A DNA stretch of 64,000 nt, from contig CM106586.1 of the NCBI GenBank assembly GCA_048013815.1, forward strand, positions 12,586,001 through 12,650,000, written 5' to 3'. The notes beneath the pieces are model-generated. The model worked only from the letters and a program-made list of their open reading frames with translations, was not told the DNA's origin and made no database searches. Position numbers and translations under genes: made by a program. The stretch comes from Setoptus koraiensis (taxonomy: Eukaryota; Animalia; Arthropoda). Shown piece after piece: positions 38,643 through 49,849 of this stretch; the stretch's first letter is position 1; each line of letters opens with the position of its first letter.

Positions 38643-39923
38643 ATGGCTAGAATAAACGCAGTTGCCGAATCACTCAGGGGACTCAAAGAACTGAAGGTCA
38701 ACATACATTGTCTGGACAATCAATCGCCTGTGACACGTATAGCTATCTATGTTAAGGCCGGTTCTAGATATGAGCCAGCGGCAGTGCCAGGAATATCGCA
38801 TTATCTACGGGCAACAGCTAATTTAACAAACAAAAACTGTAGTATATTCGGTTTGACGCGAGCTCTACAAACTCATGGCGCATCCTTCAATGTGCTATCC
38901 GATAGGGAGCATATTATTTACAGGCTCGATTGCCTAAAAGACAAACTAGAGCCATCATTTAAGCTACTATCGGATGTAGTCAGTGCCCCCGAGTTTAGAT
39001 CGTGGGAATTAGTTGATAACACCGAGGATAATCTAAAGGTCGAATTGGAATATTTCAAAAAAGATCAAGCACGAGTGCTAAATGAAGCATTAAATAAAAC
39101 AGCATTTCGTGGTGGCCTAGCTCATTCTATGTATATTCCTGAGCATCAAATTAAAAAAATCAATAAGCACCATCTAAAACAATTTGTTTCGGACAATTAT
39201 GTACCCTCAAGAACTACAGTGGTTGGTCTGGGTGTCAAGGAGGACGATCTACGTTACACAATTCAAACCAACTCCCTACTTGAGTTTGAGAATACAAAAT
39301 ACAACGGTGTAAGTGGCGAATCAAGATACGTTGGTGGAGAGGCTCGATTGCAAGCTCCATTCGACAACACGATGGTCACTTTTGTAGGACAGGCACCAGG
39401 TCTCAATGACCCAGCCGGAGTAGCCAACTTGAAATTATTTCAAGCTATTCTAGGTGGATTTGGTGCAGGAATCAAGTACAGCCCTGGCTCTGAGCGCAGT
39501 CTTGCGGCTGCTGTTGCTCAATATAATAATCAAGTTAAAACATCCATAGTTAATATTACCTACTCTGATGTAGGACTGTTTGGTTTTACATTACATGGAC
39601 CAAACGGCGCTCTCGCTGATGCATTAAAAGTTGCCCTGAATCATTTTGAGAAAGCAGCCAAATCAATCACAGACGAAAATCTAGCAATGGGTAAACATGT
39701 ACTCCGAGTAAGATCAAAGATTGAAAGTGAAAATCATGACTGTGTCTTCGCCAGTATGGGAAGTCTAGCAGCAAATGGTATAAAGACTGACTTGACAGAT
39801 GTAGAGAAAGTCACAGCAGCCGATATTAAGGATTCTGTATCAAAGCTTGCTAGAAGTAAATCAACATTAGTGTCAGTTGGAAATCCACGTTACATACCTT
39901 ACTTAGATGAACTGGAAAAATAA
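38643..39923 (+). CDS. UQCRC2: Cytochrome b-c1 complex subunit 2 (core protein 2, M16 family), intronless
   Basis: IAIYVKAGSRYE, GISHYLR (inactive HxxEH variant), APEFRSWE, YSDVGLFGF, C-terminal VGNPRYIPYLDEL. Confidence 0.93.
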   Translation: MARINAVAESLRGLKELKVNIHCLDNQSPVTRIAIYVKAGSRYEPAAVPGISHYLRATANLTNKNCSIFGLTRALQTHGASFNVLSDREHIIYRLDCLKDKLEPSFKLLSDVVSAPEFRSWELVDNTEDNLKVELEYFKKDQARVLNEALNKTAFRGGLAHSMYIPEHQIKKINKHHLKQFVSDNYVPSRTTVVGLGVKEDDLRYTIQTNSLLEFENTKYNGVSGESRYVGGEARLQAPFDNTMVTFVGQAPGLNDPAGVANLKLFQAILGGFGAGIKYSPGSERSLAAAVAQYNNQVKTSIVNITYSDVGLFGFTLHGPNGALADALKVALNHFEKAAKSITDENLAMGKHVLRVRSKIESENHDCVFASMGSLAANGIKTDLTDVEKVTAADIKDSVSKLARSKSTLVSVGNPRYIPYLDELEK

Positions 39924-40267
39924 AATCAGAATTAAACTGAAAGAAATGATATTTGTAATTATTTGTTGATGAACTCAACTCAACAACAATACATTATAAT
40001 GATGCTAATGTTAGTGGATCACAATTAGTTAATAATAAGTAAAATGTTAAAGTGTTTAAATTCGCACATCAATTGAGTATTGTTGATATAAAAAATAAAT
40101 GAGATTTTAATGATAGCTATATATGATATAACAAGTTCCTTCAATTGTGACAGAGGCTAGAATTGAGGTACAGGCAATACAGTATTTGTCAGGTGGACTA
40201 AAGGCAGAGTTATAATATACAATGATGATATAAATATAGATATGTGTGTGTCGAGTGAAAGAAAATT

Positions 40268-41023
40268 CTATGTCACTCTGTAGGATGGAGAGACTGATAT
40301 GTCAATTCCTGGTGACGTTAATCTAAGATTCTGAGAATATCTGGATGAAGTTGAAGATGTAGATGGAGACGAGGCCTCTGAGAAGGTTTTTTTCTTATTC
40401 ATTCGTTTTGTTGTGGGTTTGCCGCACCATCTTAAATGCGAATGTAAGTTCGCGTTAGTTCTGTAGGGGTGGTTGCATTTTGGACAATTGTAGTCTTTTT
40501 CAACAAGTTTTTGGCATGCATGCTTGGCCAGTTCTAACAAACCAGAGAATGCGATCCCGCATATCATACAATTTTTGTGCTTTATGATATCTATTACGTT
40601 ATTTTGTTTCAAGATCAACAACAGTCCCTCCTCGGTCAATCCCTGTTGAACTCCATTAGTGGTGCGTAAATCAAGAGGTTTATCTTCGTCGTCGTCCTCT
40701 AAATATGAACCGCACGGATCTCCATTAAGATAATCCAACGAAGCTGTGTAACTGTTGAAGTTGTTAGTCTGCGACAAATTTTTTGTATCTTTTTGTTCCA
40801 GGTGTGTAGTGTTGTTGTTTTTAGATTCTTTCAAAGACAATAGTATCTCTGCTGTGTTAGTTTCGATGACTTTCAAGCTGTCCTCCTGTTCACTAGTATC
40901 ATTGTTATAATCATCGATGTGATGACTGAGATTCTGTTGAATCTTCATAATTTTCAATTTCTTCAATCGAAAGTCATTGACTCCTGTGTGTTCTTCATAA
41001 CCTGTTCTCTTTTTATACGACAT
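40268..41023 (-). CDS. Divergent INSM1/nerfin-like C2H2 zinc-finger transcription factor
   Basis: CMICGIAFSGLLELAKHACQKLVEKDYNCPKCNHPYRTNANLHSHLRWC parallels INSM CQLC...LAQHKCSRIVRVEYRCPEC...PANLASHRRWH; PLDLR is a CtBP-type motif. Confidence 0.7.
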   Translation of the reverse strand: MSYKKRTGYEEHTGVNDFRLKKLKIMKIQQNLSHHIDDYNNDTSEQEDSLKVIETNTAEILLSLKESKNNNTTHLEQKDTKNLSQTNNFNSYTASLDYLNGDPCGSYLEDDDEDKPLDLRTTNGVQQGLTEEGLLLILKQNNVIDIIKHKNCMICGIAFSGLLELAKHACQKLVEKDYNCPKCNHPYRTNANLHSHLRWCGKPTTKRMNKKKTFSEASSPSTSSTSSRYSQNLRLTSPGIDISVSPSYRVT

Positions 41024-42783
41024 GATTGTTGCGTTTGAGCGTTAGACCGAAAACTGCAGGTAAGTTTTGAATATATGCTAATTGTTGTTGTTTATGGAGA
41101 TGACTAGCTCCTGTTGATAAAGACTTTATAAGTTTGCGATGATAACGTTGCTGACTAAAATGATGACGAGAATGTTTCCGAACCTTATAGACTAGATTGT
41201 TATTCTCTGCGAATAGATTCTTGCGCTGCGTAGGATTATTGATTAGATTCAGTGGTCATTTGGAATGAGATTTTGTTTTTACATTACAAAGTGAATTAGT
41301 GTTGCAGTTGAACTATTACGGGGCTCTTTTTTTCGTTTGCTTGCTGTAGAAAAGTGTCGCTGAGACTCTGGCCATTTTGAGACTTGTGGCGCCACGAAGA
41401 TTGTTCTGACTGACTAGTGTTTGTTGCACTCGGAATTCGAATATGCAGCAAGCAATATGCGATGAATACACGAGATGAAATATTTTGGGCAAAAGTTGAC
41501 ATCAGTGGTCAGTTTGCATTTGAAACAAAATATATGTTAATTTCAATTGTTTCGGTAAACATTAATGCAAGTATGCCAGTGCAACTATTGACCGGCGCTA
41601 CTTGTTGACCCAGACCAGCGTCTGACTGTTGCGCACAAACAAATCGCTTCGGCTTCGAGCGGGGCCTGGCGACGTGCACAAAAGTGCGTCTCCCGGAGAA
41701 AGCGTTCCTTGTATCGGCTTCTTATAATAATAAATCTGACTTGTGAATTGCTGACTATTTTACTGGCTTCTATTTAACCTTTGTCCCGGTTGTATTGTTT
41801 GTTTGCGGGCAGATATGCAGATTGTGGGAGCAATCATGTAACACAATTATTTCATTTGAGTGTGTGTGTGTGTGTCGATGCCGATGCTGAACTGGCTGCC
41901 GACGAGTGGCAGTTGACGACGACGACTGGTATCATTATTCAACGGCTATCCTGGTGAAACATTTCATTTCATCTATTGTGAAATAATGCTGCTGTTGCGA
42001 CTGCCAATAGTGGCTGTGGGGCACAGTTGAGAAATGTGAAGTTGTTACTACTGCATGAGTATGACACAAGGCGACTTTGTTTGAGTTTGCGTTTGGCCGT
42101 TGCATTGTGTGAGGCGGCTGTTGTCGTGATCACTAGATTACTGCTCGCACGCCATTGCAGTGCCCCTTACCTAACGTCTCCGTAATAGTTCGAACTGCGA
42201 ATTGTTCGAACCGAAACGTTCGACCAATTGGCAGCGTTCGCTGCGGCGACCAACCAACGTTAACACGCGCCAGTAATAGTTATGGCCCCCACTCAGGCCC
42301 CCGCGCCCCCCCCCTCCTGCTGCCCCCGAGCACTCACAGCGTAACTCTGCGGCGTTCAACTTGCGGCACTGTACGAGCCACAAGTTGAACATTGCGACGA
42401 ATGCAGTTGCGCCGCGCGTGTGACTTACAGTCCGCGTGCGACTGTGTGTTGTTGTGAGCCTCGTCAAACCTCGAGGCTCGAGCGCAAGAGCGCTGTTTTC
42501 GCGTGCACCAACTGCGCTTGCGTTCGCATACAATAATATAGGCATTGCTGCAGCTTGCACCGCTGTTGTTATTGCACTGTAAATTAAGCTATAAATTTTC
42601 CCATTCACAATGCACGCAGTGCCAACAAAATCCGACAGGGCGGCGCTGCACAGCTGGCTGTAAAACGGACTGCTGTTCGCAAAAATCACACTCACCTCTG
42701 TTCGTATCAGCCTATTTTTGTTTTATTTTACATTTACATCAGCGTCTTATTATTATTCGATTATTGTTTATCATATAAATGAA

Positions 42784-44469
42784 ATGGCGGAAATCGAAAA
42801 AATTTGTCAACAATTTGGCATATGTCCCGACCTTTGGTCAGTAGCTGATCCTGTGGAACCTGGTACCCAAAAGCAAACTACCTCGCCCATACCAGCCGAA
42901 CCAGCGGGACGAGCCGAACCAGCGGAACCGGCCGAATCAGCAGCTGACGTGGAAGCCATTTCTCCAAAGCGAACATCCTCACCTATACCAGAGGATGATT
43001 TGCAAGAGAATCGCCCAACGCTAACATCTACACCCATACAACAAGTGGACGACGCTGAAGCCACCCGGCGAAAACGAACCTTTTCGCCTGCATCTACACC
43101 AAAACCAGCAAAACCTCCCAAAAAGAAGAAGAAGATTTCCCATAAGGACGAAGAAGAAACTAAGATACCTGAAACTAAGATATTCATCTCTAACTCTCTA
43201 CTATCCTACCCCCAGCCAAATTTAGACAAATATCACGAAGAAGTTCTTAGAAACGACAAATCTGCAGAAGATGTTGTGCGGCTATGCTCACAAACACGAC
43301 CTAACCTAGAAATCATTAATGACGCCGGCAGAATATACGTTATCACATCGTGGTTGTCAGTAGCGAGAATATTTGAGGCAACACTCAATAAATTCAAAGA
43401 AGTGAGAAGACTGCCTCAGAATAGAATTGACATTGTTCCAAACATTATCACTAACCTTTATATTGACGATTACAAATTATACCTCGGCTACTGCTGGGGA
43501 CACCATCAACATCCGTCCAAGTCATACATTGAGATAAGGAGCCTACTTGAGAAAGGGAATAATCTAACGAGGCGAATCTTCTTTGATCACACGATTGACA
43601 ACATATATTCCGATGATCTCTATCTTTATGTCATGTTATCAAATGGCTTAGTTCATATCCACAAAAAAGAAATGTATGATTGCAATTATCAAGTTGACTA
43701 CTCCATCTTCAGTGAGAAAATTGGCAGGAGCGTTGTGGCTGTTAGAGTATTAACCGATCAGTCTTATTTTTCACAAATCTCACGGGTTATCTTACTCGCT
43801 GCAACTCATAAGGAAATCATCATATCGAGAAGATTCATGGATTGCCATGAGCTTATCAGTTGTAATATGTTTAATAACTCAGAGTTGAATATTATATCGT
43901 TGGATACCATAGGAGGCGTAATCATTATTACGAGACGTTCTGGTAATCAATTGAAACAGGAGGCAAGTGAGCTTGATTTTGGATACATAAGGACAAACAC
44001 TTCTTATATCGAGTTTGTGCTAGATTACAAATTGCAACTACGTTGTTCAATATTGAAGACTATAGTGATCAAATCAGGCTATATGATTATATTTACGAAA
44101 AAAAAGGAAAAGAAGCAAGATCTCTATGAGGTTGCTTGTCTTTATCTTCCTAAAATACAATTCAATTGGGTGACAATTGTGGAAGAGGCAAACTCAAAAT
44201 GTGCTTTATCCGCGATAGACGAAAACAACATAATCATAGCAAAAAATTGTCAGGAATTCATCAGTATAAATGTTGATATCAATGACAGACATGAGTGTTC
44301 TCAATGTAATCTTTTCTTTCCCACCAGTCAAATATTAGAACTTCATGTCAGCTTGAAACACGTCAGCGCCTTCAAATATATGAAAATTGAACAGGATAAA
44401 GCAATCAATGATGATTTCTCATCCGCATTCAAAAGACTTCTCAAAGATAAAAAAAAAGCACAACATTGA
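42784..44469 (+). CDS. Orphan 561-aa protein: disordered Pro/Glu N-terminus, basic NLS, beta-rich middle, C-terminal C2H2 finger; intronless
   Basis: Long ORF with likely ATG at 42784; C-x2-C-x12-H-x4-H (CSQCNLFFPTSQILELHVSLKH); no family recognised. Confidence 0.8.
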   Translation: MAEIEKICQQFGICPDLWSVADPVEPGTQKQTTSPIPAEPAGRAEPAEPAESAADVEAISPKRTSSPIPEDDLQENRPTLTSTPIQQVDDAEATRRKRTFSPASTPKPAKPPKKKKKISHKDEEETKIPETKIFISNSLLSYPQPNLDKYHEEVLRNDKSAEDVVRLCSQTRPNLEIINDAGRIYVITSWLSVARIFEATLNKFKEVRRLPQNRIDIVPNIITNLYIDDYKLYLGYCWGHHQHPSKSYIEIRSLLEKGNNLTRRIFFDHTIDNIYSDDLYLYVMLSNGLVHIHKKEMYDCNYQVDYSIFSEKIGRSVVAVRVLTDQSYFSQISRVILLAATHKEIIISRRFMDCHELISCNMFNNSELNIISLDTIGGVIIITRRSGNQLKQEASELDFGYIRTNTSYIEFVLDYKLQLRCSILKTIVIKSGYMIIFTKKKEKKQDLYEVACLYLPKIQFNWVTIVEEANSKCALSAIDENNIIIAKNCQEFISINVDINDRHECSQCNLFFPTSQILELHVSLKHVSAFKYMKIEQDKAINDDFSSAFKRLLKDKKKAQH

Positions 44470-44724
44470 AGAAATGTGTCAACTAGTGTTAGTTATATAT
44501 TTGGAAAAATATAAAATACAATATTCACACAGACATATGTCACCTATTCATACCTCTATGAGCCCCCTGCAGCTGTCTCATCATGGTCTCCAAAACGTTC
44601 ATTCCTCCCATTTGTTGCAGCATTCGAGGATCCATTATCTTAGCTAACTGTTGGTTGAGTTTGGCCATTTGTGTTGGATTGACATTTTTAGACATGTCTC
44701 CTCCTCTGAATAAACCTTTAATGC
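42835..44724. repeat. Segmental duplication, copy 1 (partner 47465-48124)
   Basis: 42835-43020 matches 47465-47668 and 44269-44724 matches 47669-48124, nearly identically. Confidence 0.97.
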
Positions 44725-44809
44725 GCAACGCTTTCGTTACTTTTTCTCGCATATAATTCTGAATCGCGTCTTGTGTTGTTATTTTTGAAAGAGAAAATGA
44801 GGTGGACAT
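44540..44809 (-). CDS. Chimeric 89-aa ORF: 29 novel residues plus the last 60 residues of SRP54 (mini-gene or pseudogene fragment)
   Basis: Identical to the SRP54 tail except V>L and N>T, plus silent changes; in-frame upstream ATGs at 44809 and M20. Confidence 0.5.
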   Translation of the reverse strand: MSTSFSLSKITTQDAIQNYMREKVTKALRIKGLFRGGDMSKNVNPTQMAKLNQQLAKIMDPRMLQQMGGMNVLETMMRQLQGAHRGMNR

Positions 44810-44913
44810 TCTCCACTTACTATATCATCATTTTTGTCTATTTATCATAACTAGCCTTTATTTAATTAACAATTGAACCATGTTCATTGTGGGTACCTGA
44901 GCTTCGAGCGAGA

Positions 44914-47065
44914 ATGGCCAGTTCTTCAAATACTAAAAGGTCAGGTGCATTCAAATCACCAGACCAAACACTTTTCTCCAGCAGCCATCAAAGAGATCTC
45001 ACAGTTCGAGATGCTAAGGGTAGACAACGCTTTCATGAGGCGTTCACAGGGGGTTTTAGTGCAGGATATTTTAACACTGTTGGATCCGTTGAAGGTTTCC
45101 AACCGAAAAGATTCATATCCAGAAGAAATGAATCTACTAACTGTGATGAAAACAATCCTACTGCGTCCGGCAGAAAGCCAAAATTTGTCCATACTCCAGA
45201 GGATTACATGAATGAAGAGGATTTTAGTGAATTTGGTATTGCTCCTAAACGTGTCAGGGTTAACGAAGATTTTGATAGAGAGCAAGTGCAAGAATTTGCC
45301 GGTCTACGGGGTCCCAAAAAAGGCTCAGACAAGACTGTCAACGATACTCTCAGTGACCTGATAAAACCCTTAAATTTATCAATTGGAGAAATTTTGCTCA
45401 AGAAGATGAAATATTTTGCACACAAAAAGAAAATCGATCTTACAAGTCCGTGTATATCATCCGAGGATACTGGTGGCGATGATGGCATCATCGAAGAGAT
45501 AAGTTATAAGATCAAAAATGACAGACACGGAATAGGATATAAACCTCTCCAGGCGCAAGTTGTGGACTCAATGATCTCATTCAAGGAGGCACCACTAAAA
45601 GCCGTTCTTCGAAGTGGGCAAAGGATCAAAATCTCAGGCGAGGCATTTGGAGTCGGAGCTCTAGATGACGATGAAGACTATGCAACATTTGATACAGATA
45701 TTTATGGCGAAGACGAGATGGCAAATTATGATTTCGGACGCGGCAGTGAAGTGAATCTCAAAAAGAGGGATAGAAGTGTCAAAAGAAATCTTCCGCCCCG
45801 TATGCCCGGCATGAATGATGTCATCGCAGGATTTGTTAGAGCTAAGAATGGTCCGTTTTTGAAAGTCAACTCTCAATTGTTGAACAAATATCCACCTCCT
45901 GTGATACCATCCGATTGGCAACCTCCCTCTATTCAAAGTAGCCTTTTTGTCAAAAAGATACCGACAAGATCAAATGATGTTAACAACCAAGCTACATGCT
46001 CGAATCTTTTCGGAGAAACTTTTGACATTACCTCTACAATAGGCCATTCGAAGCAAGATTCAGACCTTCTTAATCGACCTCTCAAAGGGATTCTGGCCAG
46101 CAAATTTGTTGTGAGCACAGAAAAGAGTGGACTTCTTGATCAAGGACTGAAGGCTGATTCGACTCAGTACTCCGACTTGGATGTTACTCCAAAACTAGAT
46201 ATTCCAGGTGAACCAACCCAGGCGAATGAGCCTATTGTTTCTTGTCCAAAGCTGCCGCAAAAAAATTGTGAGAAAAATCTCAGAGTGGCACTCTCATAAC
46301 ATTCTCTGTAAGAGGTTCAATGTGCCAAATCCATTCCTCAAAAGTGATAAAATCGGTCTTTTAGAAAGCGAAATACTTAGTCAACCTAGTAAATTGCTGA
46401 ATGATGCTCATCATGAAACTTTTTGCTCAGAAAAAGACTATGGAGTATGTATCAATCAATTACCTATGTCGTGCAGCTATTTCATAGCTCTTTTTTCATC
46501 AAACTAACAAAAGTTTTCTTTTGCTTTCTATCGAATCATTCTGCAGTTGGATATTCCTAGTCAAACCCACATCATCGAGTTGGAGCCAGTGATGCCCATG
46601 GATATACTCAAGTCTATATCTGATTGTCCTCTAGATGAAACCGCAGATTCCAACGATATCGCTGAGAGTTTCGACTGTTTTGGGGCACGTCTAGATACTA
46701 TCACCGAAGAAAAGGAGTGTGAGATTATTGTATCACCGAAGAGAGAATCAGAGTCTAAGATTTCTTCACAAAGTGATGTAATGCCAGAAGTTGAAAAAGT
46801 TGAAGTGTCTACGAGATCAGAACCTGCAGTGGTATCAATTCTGTCATCAAGCGACGCGAGTTCAGATGAGTATGGTCCGTCACTACCTCCAAATCTCTCT
46901 TCGTCGGTGAGTGATGGGTGCAAATATGACCGAGGATCAAGTGGAGATGGAAGCGACAAGGACAGCAGCAAGCGAAGCAGAAAGAGAAGTAAGAAGAAGA
47001 AGAAGAAGAAGAGTAAGAAGTATCATAAGGACAAGAAAAAGAAACACAAAAAGCATGATAGGTGA
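44914..47065 (+). CDS. GPATCH1: G-patch domain-containing protein 1 with an apparent frameshift at A7 run 46259-46265; intron 46445-46546
   Basis: GRQRFHEAFTGGFSAGYFNTVGS; EDYMNEED..EFGIAP; EWH...LCKRFNVPNP in the +1 frame; Lys-rich C-terminal exon. Confidence 0.88.
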
Positions 47066-47464
47066 TGATTGAAGGTGATCGCAATCTCGTTGTCTAATAA
47101 ATTAAGGTTGCATCTATTATTGTGATGAGCAATTTTGGTGGAACATTTTGAAAAGAAACCGCTTTTTATTGAGAAAGGTCTATACAAAAAAGTGTCTAGC
47201 TTGGCGCATCACATTCAGGGAATCATAAATGGAAAAAAACTATTTGCACAGTCCATTAGGGATGCATATAGTCAAGCTTGATTCTTTCTTTTTACTTACT
47301 GGTGTACCTGTTGGCGTGGTTTTATCAATACAATTGATGTCTTCGAGAATGATTTCTTATCATTGATTTATCTTCATTGTTGTTGACTTAGGCGATGGTG
47401 GCGGACAAGAGAAAAAAATATTGCAAAAAAAAATCACCACAGATTGTTACAAATGGATTGTGTG

Positions 47465-49475
<2,011 letters not shown>

Positions 49476-49849
49476 CTAATGATAATAATAATTGGAATCT
49501 ATATAAATTAGTGATAGATTGGATTATCATTTGAGACCAATGTTTTTCTTTTTACCGTATGTCACATTGGTTTTTCATTCTGCTCGAGAATGTTAAATTG
49601 CTGTGCATTGCCTAGCAGAGATGCGTCAAGATGATTTGACTAATATTTATAGTGAGAAAAATCGCCTTTTAACGAATTGAACTTGGCGCTTCTAAATATG
49701 CGCATTGGATAGCCAACAATGTGACAAATACGACTAGTGTCCTGTAAATGAAATTTATTGTTTGGATATTTTATTGAGATACTTGAAAATAAGATATAAA
49801 AACTCTATCCCTATGCGTTAAAAGTATTACTACATGTTTTGTCAACGCC

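Noticed and set aside
42158-42371. hAT-like element with CAGTGCC/GGCACTG ends
   Set aside because: Only 7 bp of exact inversion and no 8-bp TSD; kept only as part of the GC-island observation.
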